A stretch of 64,000 nucleotides of DNA from a bacterium (GCA_049472315.1 JBLIRN010000001.1:96001-160000), one strand, 5' to 3'. Positions 28,655-38,153 are shown, numbered from the stretch's first letter. The notes: generated from the letters alone by a model not told the origin. A program made the numbers and translations.

Positions 28655-30520
28655 TCACCAGGTGAGCAGACGGAATCGGGAGAGGGTAAGACTGCGCCCT
28701 GCATTCATCTGGACATGATATCCTTCACCAAGGAGAATGGGGAAATTCGCCCCCGACGGGCTTCCGTTTAACCAATAGGCGGATTCCCAATCCCCCCAGA
28801 AGGGGTTGTAGCGATACACAGCCAACACATAATTACGGCCCAGGTCCCACAAGACGTCAAACGCGGTATACCCGTCCGGCAATGATGCGAACCCAACCAG
28901 GTTCATACCTTCATAGAGATATATGTCCTGATTCACCTGGGTATAGAGGTTTCTTACGAAAACCACCATATCCTCATTGGCATACACGATGTATCCCCGG
29001 CTGATCTCTATGGTGAAATCCGTGCCTTCCGGCTCTCCGCTCTCGTTGTACCAGGCGCTCACATAGCGGTCCCCGTTGTTCGAATAATAGCAGACGGAGT
29101 CGATCTGAGAGGCGCCCCCCAAAACCTGCAGGAGATCGAAGGCGGAAAAATTCGGATCGCCGTTCTCAAATGGATAGTTTATAAGGTTGAATCCCTCCGT
29201 AAGGATCAGCTCATGTCCCGCATACACCTTGATGATGACCGTTTCGCTGTCTTCGAGCATTCCCGGATCACGCACGGTGACGGTAACCGAATGTTCACCG
29301 ATGTCATCCTCGGTGGTGACATAGACCGTATCCTCCTCCCAGTAATCGGCCTTCCATCCGGAATAGGAGTAGGTGAGCGGGTCGTTGTCAGGGTCCTGCG
29401 CATGAATGTCGAGCTCGATCTCAAACCCCGCGATGACCTCAATCGGCTCCATGGGAAGCAGAGAAGGGGGATTATTTGCCGGTGGCTTCGACGGATCCTC
29501 CTTCAAGATTATAATACCTTGCGGGTAGGTCCCTCCACCCAGGACCTTGACATTCTCCTTGTACTTCGTTTCATACCCATCCTTTATGTAAACAAGGGTA
29601 TAGATCCCCCCCAACATGCGCAGGGTGTAGTAGCCGGTATGATCGGTGAAATCACTGATCGATGAGTCGGACCTCACATAGACCTCTACACCCTCCAGGG
29701 GATTGCCGCCCTCGTCATGCACCGACCCTGTAACGCTTGCGCTGAGCGGACCCGGCAGATAGATCGGGGCAGGAGGGATGAAATAGCCGCCGGGATATTG
29801 AAAAACAGGGGTACTGATGAGGCTCGATGTGTTGGACATCTGTTGCCGTATCAAATTTCCATAGGAAACGGCATTATAGTTGTAAATACTCCCCAGTCCG
29901 CCGTAGGGTTCCGTGGCCTGGTACAAGGGGAACATCCCAGGCATCATCGGCATCATGCCGAGGAACATGCCGGGACCTCCCATCATCGGCATGGAGAGGC
30001 CCATGAACGGACTGCCCATTCCCATCGGAGACATCAGACTGGACACACCGCCTATACCTCCGCCCATGAACATGCCGAGGCCTCCTGTTAAGGGGGAACT
30101 CATGCCCGTAAGACCCAGTGAGGAGCCGCCCATGCCCAGGCCTCCCGTCAATCCACCAATACCCAGGCCGGAAATCCCGGTCAATCCACCCATGCCAAGG
30201 CCGGAGATCCCGGTCAATCCGCCCATGCCCAGGCCTCCCGTCAATCCACCAATACCCAGGCCGGAAATCCCGGTCAATCCGCCCATGCCCAGGCTTCCCG
30301 TCAATCCACCAATGCCCAGGCCGGAAATCCCGGTCAGTCCACCCATGCCAAGGCCGCCAAGACCCAAGCCCATACTCAGACCAAGGCTTCCGAGGGCGGT
30401 CTGCCCCGAACCCTGGGCATAAATCCTGCCGGGGTAGAAAAGGGCCGTCGCCACGAGCAGGGCAATGAACAGGAAGATGAGGAAAACGATACAGGGTATG
30501 CTCCTCAAAGATAACCTCAT
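28655..30520 (-). CDS. Secreted protein: Gly/Met-rich repeats, carboxypeptidase-regulatory-like domain, Ig/cadherin-like domain, duplicated C-terminal module
   Basis: Signal ending IYA; VTGSVHDEGGNPLEGV; NNPP..DPDNDPLTYS; LTEGFNLI/LYEGMNLV duplication. Confidence 0.75.
   Translation of the reverse strand: MRLSLRSIPCIVFLIFLFIALLVATALFYPGRIYAQGSGQTALGSLGLSMGLGLGGLGMGGLTGISGLGIGGLTGSLGMGGLTGISGLGIGGLTGGLGMGGLTGISGLGMGGLTGISGLGIGGLTGGLGMGGSSLGLTGMSSPLTGGLGMFMGGGIGGVSSLMSPMGMGSPFMGLSMPMMGGPGMFLGMMPMMPGMFPLYQATEPYGGLGSIYNYNAVSYGNLIRQQMSNTSSLISTPVFQYPGGYFIPPAPIYLPGPLSASVTGSVHDEGGNPLEGVEVYVRSDSSISDFTDHTGYYTLRMLGGIYTLVYIKDGYETKYKENVKVLGGGTYPQGIIILKEDPSKPPANNPPSLLPMEPIEVIAGFEIELDIHAQDPDNDPLTYSYSGWKADYWEEDTVYVTTEDDIGEHSVTVTVRDPGMLEDSETVIIKVYAGHELILTEGFNLINYPFENGDPNFSAFDLLQVLGGASQIDSVCYYSNNGDRYVSAWYNESGEPEGTDFTIEISRGYIVYANEDMVVFVRNLYTQVNQDIYLYEGMNLVGFASLPDGYTAFDVLWDLGRNYVLAVYRYNPFWGDWESAYWLNGSPSGANFPILLGEGYHVQMNAGRSLTLSRFRLLTW
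30126..30356 (-). repeat. Coding tandem repeat (27+33 = 60 nt units) encoding GLGMGGLTGISGLGIGGLTG
   Basis: Sequences starting at 30241 and 30301 are near-identical 60-mers. Confidence 0.85.
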
Positions 30521-30774
30521 TCTCACCAACCTCAAAAAATGGTAAATCTCTTTACGCTAACCGCTTATATGATGTGCGTCCTGCGCACACCAAAAGGCAT
30601 CCACGCTTAGGGGTTCCTTGTGTGGTTGTCCTCGCGAAAGCAACTGATTATATTACTATATGTAAAGAATCGCGGGATGCAATACGCCCGCTCATGATCG
30701 TTATACACCTTTATATCACTATATCACCGTTACATAATAATGCAATAATCATTCCAAAAATTACCCCCTATGTA

Positions 30775-32112
30775 TTAAAAATGATAGATTGCAGACAACA
30801 GAAACATGTGTTGTGTCTTATCCTCATACACCAAATGCCCCCACGACTTTTCAGCCAATCCCGTTTCAGTTCCCGGCACATCAAGCCTAACCCTGTACTG
30901 ATAGGCGAAATCCACGATGAGATCGCCGAGGCTTATCCCTGATCCGAGACTCATTCCGTATTCACTATGCGGGCTGCCGACGGAGGGGACGGGATCGTAG
31001 AAGATTCCACCCCTGAAGGGGATAACGGTCTTTTCCAGGATCTTGAGATATTCAACCCCCATCCTGAGGGAGTATGTTGGATCTATATGGGGGAAATCAA
31101 CAGGATTTAGATTGTTATTCGGATCAAAACGGGTGAAAAGGCCGTAGCTCTGTCCACGTGTATTGCGCCACACCAGTTCATCCCAATCCCTTCTGGTGAC
31201 ATCGGCGGAAAAGGTCCACGCATCGGAGATGCGACACGAGACCCCGAGGGCAAGCGCGGGCGGGAAGTCCATCGATTCAATCATGCCATACGCGGGGTTC
31301 TCGGTCTCTTCCGGTGTCGACTTGTTGTAATACCCATAGTCCAGACGGGCACGAAACGGCGTCTTATATACCATGCCGATGGTCCATCGGGGATTGACCC
31401 GGTACAAAAACCCGAGATTGGCGTTCACCCCCCTGAAATTCCTGTAGGACTCCTTCGCCGTATATATATGGTTTGGATCTATGATGAGGGAATAGTTGTT
31501 TTCCCAATCGCTCATTCCGGTCCACGAGTCGGACCAGATATTGATCGTCAGGCCGACGAACAGATCCTCCGTTGCCTGCATTGCCAGCGCCGGTGAAACG
31601 GTGTAGAGGGTTCCATCCGCTTGAAATGCCTCGATCGAGCCGTCGCTCAAGCACATGGTGAATTCCCTGTCGAAGTCATACAACCTTTGATAATTCAAGG
31701 AAAAGACCATATTCCTCCGGGCAAGGCCAAAGGGATACACCATGCTCAGATAGTTTAGATTTGACAGGGTGGTTGTCTCCTCACCTTCAAGATCGGGCAG
31801 AGACAGCGAACTTCGGGTCTCCCTCCTCCTTTCGAGTGCATAGACCACCGAGACCTCGGGTTTTTGAAGCTGGGGCAGCCCGCCGGGATTCCACGATGCA
31901 GCCGTTGCGTCATCGGCCACCGCCACGAATGCCCCGCCGACGCCCATGGCCCGTGCACCGGATCCCACCGGGTTGGGGGGAGAGGCAACGCTGAAGGATT
32001 CCATCTGGGCATACGCGCAGACAGGGCCTCCGAGCACTCCCCTGCCTATGCATCCCGCTGCAAGGGCAACGAAAATAATCATTACTGCAATATATCGTCG
32101 CATGTGCATCAT
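30775..32112 (-). CDS. OmpP1/FadL/PorV-like outer-membrane beta-barrel
   Basis: GARAMGVGGAFVAVADDATAASWNPGGL; alternating beta strands; C-terminal Phe. Start uncertain (ORF opens at 32157). Confidence 0.82.
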   Translation of the reverse strand: MMHMRRYIAVMIIFVALAAGCIGRGVLGGPVCAYAQMESFSVASPPNPVGSGARAMGVGGAFVAVADDATAASWNPGGLPQLQKPEVSVVYALERRRETRSSLSLPDLEGEETTTLSNLNYLSMVYPFGLARRNMVFSLNYQRLYDFDREFTMCLSDGSIEAFQADGTLYTVSPALAMQATEDLFVGLTINIWSDSWTGMSDWENNYSLIIDPNHIYTAKESYRNFRGVNANLGFLYRVNPRWTIGMVYKTPFRARLDYGYYNKSTPEETENPAYGMIESMDFPPALALGVSCRISDAWTFSADVTRRDWDELVWRNTRGQSYGLFTRFDPNNNLNPVDFPHIDPTYSLRMGVEYLKILEKTVIPFRGGIFYDPVPSVGSPHSEYGMSLGSGISLGDLIVDFAYQYRVRLDVPGTETGLAEKSWGHLVYEDKTQHMFLLSAIYHF

Positions 32113-32175
32113 ACGATATGCAATCCCTTCCATAACCGCATCACGTGTTCCTACCAATCATGAGACCGATGCGTA

Positions 32176-34221
32176 TCATTTTGTAATCACCCGGTCATCA
32201 ACCTCCACACGAGGGATGTCCTTCTGCGATGCAAGCACCGCATCGGCGGTTGATTCATACACCTTCTTTATTCTCCCCTCTCCAAGGATGGTAAAACGCC
32301 TCTCGGCAATCCTTTCCGAACCGGGGAGCTTTACCGGCTGATCCTCCCTGAAGAATATGATCTTCATATAGGGGAGAAGCCGGTCCTTGTTTCCGAGATC
32401 AATCTGTACGGCATCCGATAGAATATTCACTACACCGCCTTCCGCCAGGGGGAATGCCTGTTTGAACTTGAGGGACAATCCCTGGGCCAGGAGCTGCACA
32501 TCCTTGAGGGAGGATATCGGACCAAAGACCTCTTCGGCATCCAGGATGACGGTGGTTTCCGTATCAACCGCCCTGGCGATGATCTCCAGATAGCCGTCAT
32601 AAAAATAGGCGCTTCCGGCGATGACCCCTTCGGCGGTGACCAGCCTGCCCATTTCCACACAGGAGGGATCGTCTTTCTCCTCCGTGATACGCGCGAGGAG
32701 CCCGTCTATCCGCTCCCTGTCCACAACCTGGAACCGCCGCTGCTCCACGAATCCTTGAATGAGTGCATTGTAGAGAAGATCCCGTATCTCATCCCTCTCA
32801 CCCAGATATTTAAAGGGGAAAATGGCCATATTCAGACGTGCCCCTATCTTTTGCACGCAATTGAGCGTTCGCTCAACATGGACCGTGGTGGTTCGCACCT
32901 GCCCTGACTCGGATTCGGCCTGGACAGTGATCACGTTCTCCCCCACATCGAGGGGAACAAGAAAGTTGAAGAACACCACCTTGGCGGTTCTCGTCACCAG
33001 GGGAATGCCGTTGACACTCACCCCCGTGATCCCAGCCTGATCCCGTGCCTCTCCTTCCAGAAAGCATTCCTCCCAGTCCACGGTAATGCGCTCGGGGAGG
33101 TCCTTCAGCCGGATGGCAGGACCGGTCTCCGCGGAGGCGGATTCCCCCTCTGCGAGGGTGGCAATCATCCCCCCCAGATCATTCCCGCAATAGGCCAGAC
33201 GCGGCAGGGGTGAACCTCGGTCGGCCCCTATGCCAAAGACCTCCGCGATCATGATCTCACCGGAGGTGCTGTTCCCCAGCCCGTCCAACGCCTGGAAGGT
33301 GAGCTGAGGTTTCATATCGGCGGCATGAAGATACACGGAGAATTCACTCCCCCTGGTCTCCGCGCAATCGACACGGATTCCATTGATCCAAAAACCTGCA
33401 ACTCCGCTCATATCCGCGATATACCCATCAATGGTATATCCCCGGCCCAGATCGTCACCCATGATCCGATCGATATAGATCACCGGCGCCTCCTGATCAC
33501 ACCAGACCATGATCTCTTCCGTGCCCTTCCTGCCAACGAGGTCCGTCACCTGCGCGACGATTTTGTTCTCTCCCCTTTTGAGCTGTATGTCGGCGTGAAA
33601 GGTGATGGTGCTGCTGGAAAGTTCCACGGGGATTTCCTGATCATTGACCGAGATTGATTCGACAAATTGGTCATCCATCGCCTCCGCTGATATGGTCAGG
33701 CTGGAAAGCCTGGTCAGGTAACCTGTTTTGGGAAACGCAATATACAGCCTCGGCGATGACACATCGGCCCCTGTCTCCTGTAAAAGACTGCGTCGCGCCT
33801 CATTAAGAAAATATTTTGCCTTTGCCGACTCGAATTGACTGATGGATGCCTCAAGCTCCGCTATCGCCTCGTTGAATCTTCCCTGCTGATAGTATACGAT
33901 TCCAAGTTCGCGATGGGGGAAATAGTCGTCCAGGATGTGGAGGCCATAGGTCCTCGCCCTCCGCTGATCCTCAAACCTCCGCGTGATTGCCTCCTGAAGA
34001 TCCCTGATTGCGTGTTCCCAGTATTCGCCCTGGGCATAGGAGAGGCCGCGCTGGTAATAGTTCCACCATCGCCCCCCCCACTGTCCCTCTGTTTTCCCGT
34101 AAAGCTTACCGTCCTTCTGAAAGACTGGGCCCGGCGGAACAGCACAGTGGAGAACTACGAGCGAAAGAATCGATAGGAGTATGGAAAGGAAAACTCGTTT
34201 TGCATTATGTGGTGCCTTCAT
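32176..34221 (-). CDS. Exported (possibly lipidated) protein: TPR, Ig-like repeats, CsgG-like and FlgT-C-like domains
   Basis: N-terminal hydrophobic segment followed by Cys; YYQRGLSY and RELGIVYYQQG TPRs; LKRGENKI and LDVGENVI Ig-like; FQVVDRE...ARAVDTET. Confidence 0.75.
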   Translation of the reverse strand: MKAPHNAKRVFLSILLSILSLVVLHCAVPPGPVFQKDGKLYGKTEGQWGGRWWNYYQRGLSYAQGEYWEHAIRDLQEAITRRFEDQRRARTYGLHILDDYFPHRELGIVYYQQGRFNEAIAELEASISQFESAKAKYFLNEARRSLLQETGADVSSPRLYIAFPKTGYLTRLSSLTISAEAMDDQFVESISVNDQEIPVELSSSTITFHADIQLKRGENKIVAQVTDLVGRKGTEEIMVWCDQEAPVIYIDRIMGDDLGRGYTIDGYIADMSGVAGFWINGIRVDCAETRGSEFSVYLHAADMKPQLTFQALDGLGNSTSGEIMIAEVFGIGADRGSPLPRLAYCGNDLGGMIATLAEGESASAETGPAIRLKDLPERITVDWEECFLEGEARDQAGITGVSVNGIPLVTRTAKVVFFNFLVPLDVGENVITVQAESESGQVRTTTVHVERTLNCVQKIGARLNMAIFPFKYLGERDEIRDLLYNALIQGFVEQRRFQVVDRERIDGLLARITEEKDDPSCVEMGRLVTAEGVIAGSAYFYDGYLEIIARAVDTETTVILDAEEVFGPISSLKDVQLLAQGLSLKFKQAFPLAEGGVVNILSDAVQIDLGNKDRLLPYMKIIFFREDQPVKLPGSERIAERRFTILGEGRIKKVYESTADAVLASQKDIPRVEVDDRVITK

Positions 34222-34270
34222 GTCATGTCTATATCCAAATTTTTTAATTCTATCCGGATTATTATACCGG

Positions 34271-36499
34271 TTACATCCTTTGCACGGTGACCTTCATCCC
34301 CGCGGAGAGGTCGTCCGTGCGATCAATAACCTCGGCATAGGAGAAATCCTCCCTGACCTCGATAACCTTCAGAGAGGCAACGGATACCTGATCGGTGGCA
34401 AGCGGCTCTCCCTGTGAGCTGAGGATCTCCTGATCCTTCAGCGCTGACATTCTCATTCCCTCCTCCGCCCCCTGACGATATCCGATGTTGAGCATAACCT
34501 TTTGATCGCTGAAGAAATGTTTTATCCTGCCCTGCAGGGGGAATGCCTCCCCTATCGCTGTGAGGAATTTCTCCGCCAATCCCTTTGCCACCATATCCAG
34601 ATCGCGCGATTCGGTCCATGTCTCGCTCAGGGCGGCCTCGACCTTTGAGGTCTCGCTTGCGATGATCCTGACATTCGCCTGCCAGGTATCTTCCATCCGG
34701 CCGACACTGAATATGGTGAAAAGGTTCCCTGATATGATCTGCCCTAATTTAAGCGTATGGTCAGGATCGGCAAGCGGTGAGGACCCGATATCCAGTTCCT
34801 TGAGAAGGGTCAACAGGTATTCCCGTTCGATAATCGTGATACGGGAATCCTTGCCGAGACGTTGCATCAGCCTATGCACCAGGCTCTCAGCCGTTGCACT
34901 GTTCCTGACATTGTCATTGCCGCCCGGTTCCCTGGCCACGAAAAACAGGGCAACCGGCCTTGATGTCCATATATCATGTTCTTTCTTCGTTTGAGCGGCA
35001 TCGCCCGGATATTTCTCCATCAACCGCTGGAAAAAATCCACCATCTGGTCATCCGACGCCATCCCTGCCTCAACCAGGGTCTTCAGGTTCTGCAATTCCT
35101 CAGGCCCGTGTGTGGGCGATAGAACGGCGTTGCCGGGCCGCGAATTTCTCGCGCGAATTGTATACTGAATAGCGCCGAAAACGAGAAAAAGCCCTATGAA
35201 AATCCCTGCAGCAGCCCAAAAAAGCCTTTTTGAAAGCCCCCTTCGGGAACGTTCGGCACCATCGCCCACGCCTTTCTTTGATCGCCACCCGTATGCCCCG
35301 TTATCACCCTTGGCAGCCGAACGGGTACGCAGGCCGTTTTTCTGTATATAGGTTTCCTGGATCCTTTGGGGAGACGGCGTGGTTGCCCCGGCACCGGCCA
35401 GGATGCCCTCCTCCGCTTCCTCCTCCTTCTTGAAATAGCGCACACCCGGGTCTCCATACAAAAGGTAACTGGCCCAGAGGATATTCCCCTCGCCATACCT
35501 TTCCCGAAGCGCCAGCCGGGCAGAACGCATGGACTCCCCAATGGAGGCACCCTCTATGAGGTGGTTGTAAAACTCCATGGCGAAATTCGTGCTCGGCTCG
35601 TCCAGCACCTTCCAGAAGGTTCCGATGTAATGCTGCACCCCTGAGAGGAGAAAGGCATTCGCCAGGCCATAGATCTTCGCCTCTCCCTCTTCGTCAACCC
35701 TCCACTCCTCGGTTTGACCGGACTGGCATGCATTGGAGAACACCATCCATGGCAGCGGGTTACTTCCCCCCATCTTTCTGATGTCGAGGGTAGTAAACTT
35801 CCCATCCTCCAGGAGCCATCCGCTCTTGCTGGGACTGTCAAGGTCGTAGTCGGCATGCCCGGCATAGTGGATGAGATCATAGTTGAACAGCCTCTTCTTG
35901 AGAAAATCCCTGCTCACCTCGCTGGTGACCAGGGTAACCTTGACCGTGTCGCTCTGCAGTTGGTCACGGATCCTCTTCCCCTCCTCATAGGAGGCCCTGA
36001 GGTCGCTTCGGGGATCGGCGATAACGAGGATCCTGAGCGGGAAACTGGGGCGTGACTCCCTCCGTTTGTCCACGATCTGCTGCGTTTTGACCATTCTTCC
36101 GATATTGAACTTCTCGCACAGGAAGTGCTCTCCATCAAACAGCAGTTCCCATGGCACGTGCACCAGCGTATTGTCAATCCTCAATACCAGGTCGGAAGGT
36201 GGACAGTCAAAGAGTTGTGTTTTTATGGAAAGAGGAAATATCTCGTTATAGAGGACCCTCCCCATCTGCTGCATCTCTTCGATGACGGAGGTGGGGATGG
36301 CGCCCCTGCGGGATACCATATTCAATAGATGCATCAGTTCATTGCATCTTTTGCTCAATTCATCGGGTGATACCGGGGACTCCTCATAGTGGGTAAGGGT
36401 TTGCTCACCCTTTGAGAGACTGCTCTCGAGGTGTGGCCCCTTTCGTATAATTTCCAAATAGACGACCTGTTTCATAAGAGACTCGTCCTTTTTTATCAT
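34271..36499 (-). CDS. CHAT-domain (caspase-like) protease with TM helix and C-terminal CsgG-like/FlgT-C-like domains
   Basis: VPWELL, IHYAGHA (catalytic His), FSNACQSG (catalytic Cys), GTFWKV, WASYLLYGDP; TM FWAAAGIFIGLFLVFGAI; ITIIERE...VRIIASET. Confidence 0.88.
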   Translation of the reverse strand: MIKKDESLMKQVVYLEIIRKGPHLESSLSKGEQTLTHYEESPVSPDELSKRCNELMHLLNMVSRRGAIPTSVIEEMQQMGRVLYNEIFPLSIKTQLFDCPPSDLVLRIDNTLVHVPWELLFDGEHFLCEKFNIGRMVKTQQIVDKRRESRPSFPLRILVIADPRSDLRASYEEGKRIRDQLQSDTVKVTLVTSEVSRDFLKKRLFNYDLIHYAGHADYDLDSPSKSGWLLEDGKFTTLDIRKMGGSNPLPWMVFSNACQSGQTEEWRVDEEGEAKIYGLANAFLLSGVQHYIGTFWKVLDEPSTNFAMEFYNHLIEGASIGESMRSARLALRERYGEGNILWASYLLYGDPGVRYFKKEEEAEEGILAGAGATTPSPQRIQETYIQKNGLRTRSAAKGDNGAYGWRSKKGVGDGAERSRRGLSKRLFWAAAGIFIGLFLVFGAIQYTIRARNSRPGNAVLSPTHGPEELQNLKTLVEAGMASDDQMVDFFQRLMEKYPGDAAQTKKEHDIWTSRPVALFFVAREPGGNDNVRNSATAESLVHRLMQRLGKDSRITIIEREYLLTLLKELDIGSSPLADPDHTLKLGQIISGNLFTIFSVGRMEDTWQANVRIIASETSKVEAALSETWTESRDLDMVAKGLAEKFLTAIGEAFPLQGRIKHFFSDQKVMLNIGYRQGAEEGMRMSALKDQEILSSQGEPLATDQVSVASLKVIEVREDFSYAEVIDRTDDLSAGMKVTVQRM

Positions 36500-36560
36500 T
36501 TTTCATTACATGAGATGGAACGTGCCGATCATATCGAGACAGCGCCGCATCCGCCCTGGC

Positions 36561-37304
36561 TTAGTCTTCCTTCCGTAAATCCAGGCTCACCGTCCCGATC
36601 TCTTGGCCTTCATGGATGATCTTAATGACATATTGCTTGAGCTTGATGTAAAAGACGGCCTCACTATCGTCAACCGAATTCAATTCCCGGCTCAGTGAAG
36701 AAAGGATCAATCTCATATTGACAGGTGCGGAATCGGTTTTGGTATCGAGGGTGTTCACCATCAGCTTATACGACCCGTTCACGCGCTCGACCTGAACATT
36801 GACTGTAATGTTGCCGAAGGGTTTCTTGACCTCGACATAATCCGTCTTTCCCCGTACCTCGGTCTGACCTTCCCCCCTGACCGGTTCGAGCATAGGGGCG
36901 GGAGAGAGGATGATACCGGTGTGTCGAATGATGTGGATCGTCTCAATGGCGAAACCAAGCACCAGCTCCAGGCAATTCGGTCTGGTCTCCGGAACGAGGT
37001 CTCGTACCCTGTCCAACAATCGCTGCGGGAGGGGAACCTGTTCCTCGGAGCGCATGGCCCTCAGGATCATCATCCTGTCAAAGCATACGGAACAATCGGC
37101 AAGGTGCGCCTCCACCTCTTCCCTCTGTACGGGTGGTGATCGATGATCAAGGTAATCCTCGAGCATTTCTTCAGGAATACAGTTGCGGTCGGGAAGGGCG
37201 GGGGTTCTGAGCGACGGCTTTCTTTTCTGGACCCCGGCTATCAAGGCGTCTAACTTCTCAAGCTCCTTGTTCATTGGGTTTCTCCACGAGGAATATGGTA
37301 TCAA
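36561..37304 (-). CDS. zf-HC2 (ZAS) anti-sigma-factor-like protein, no TM helix
   Basis: C..EEMLEDYLD...VEAHLADCSVC; directly downstream of the sigma gene. Confidence 0.78.
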   Translation of the reverse strand: MIPYSSWRNPMNKELEKLDALIAGVQKRKPSLRTPALPDRNCIPEEMLEDYLDHRSPPVQREEVEAHLADCSVCFDRMMILRAMRSEEQVPLPQRLLDRVRDLVPETRPNCLELVLGFAIETIHIIRHTGIILSPAPMLEPVRGEGQTEVRGKTDYVEVKKPFGNITVNVQVERVNGSYKLMVNTLDTKTDSAPVNMRLILSSLSRELNSVDDSEAVFYIKLKQYVIKIIHEGQEIGTVSLDLRKED

Positions 37305-37535
37305 TGCCTCCGTTTAAAGGAACATTGCTTACCAGATCTCCTCACATCGGTTAAGATTGTAAAATCCTGCAAATCTCTGCAATCCTTGCAAACTTTTATA
37401 TAACAGGCCTCATAAAGACCCATTGCTAACCAATCCTTGTTTGAACCTTTCGACATAATGCGCCTCATGTATCACGAAATGTTTCACTAACCCTACCGTG
37501 CTGTCTTGTTTCATCTGTATAGACGCAGCACATTA

Positions 37536-38153
37536 TCATTCACTTATGAATTTTTTAAGCTCATAATATAAATTCTTTTTCTTTGCTATTTTAATAAGGT
37601 TGTTAATCATGCGGAATTTCAATTGATGTACCGCGTTGAGCTTCAGCTCAAGGATTTCGGCGACCTGAGCCAACTCGTGCCCCTCCTCGTAAATCAACTT
37701 GAAGATGTATTTATGTCGTTCAGGGAGTTCATTTTTCAAACATGCGATGATTTCTTTGAGCTCTCTGCGATCGAGTCCCTCATATTTATCATCGTCTGAA
37801 ACGAAGTATTGTATTTGCTCCAATTCTATAAAGTTCTTCTGTTCCCTGAGAAAGTCTATGGAGATATGGAAGCTGATCTCCCTCAGGTAGGCGCCGAACG
37901 ATCGTTCATTCTGACCGCGAAAATTCCTCAATCGCCGGCATTTTTTGTCCAGAAGGGCCAGGAAGATTCGATTGAAGATCTCGTCGACCTCGTCATTCTG
38001 AAAAAAATAATTGTACCTCTTGAGCGTGCGTATGATGTAGTTGTATATCAGATTGGAATACTTATTGATAAAGATATCCCAGGCATCCTTTTCCTTGTCG
38101 GCGCATTTATTCAGGAATTCAAGAAATTCGATATCCGTCTGTGTCGTGTTCAT
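37536..38153 (-). CDS. ECF-type (sigma70 family) RNA polymerase sigma factor
   Basis: DAWDIFINKYSNLIY, VDEIFNRIFLAL, SIDFLR, LPERHKYIFKLIYEEG..LAQVAEIL; 205 aa. Confidence 0.85.
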   Translation of the reverse strand: MNTTQTDIEFLEFLNKCADKEKDAWDIFINKYSNLIYNYIIRTLKRYNYFFQNDEVDEIFNRIFLALLDKKCRRLRNFRGQNERSFGAYLREISFHISIDFLREQKNFIELEQIQYFVSDDDKYEGLDRRELKEIIACLKNELPERHKYIFKLIYEEGHELAQVAEILELKLNAVHQLKFRMINNLIKIAKKKNLYYELKKFISE

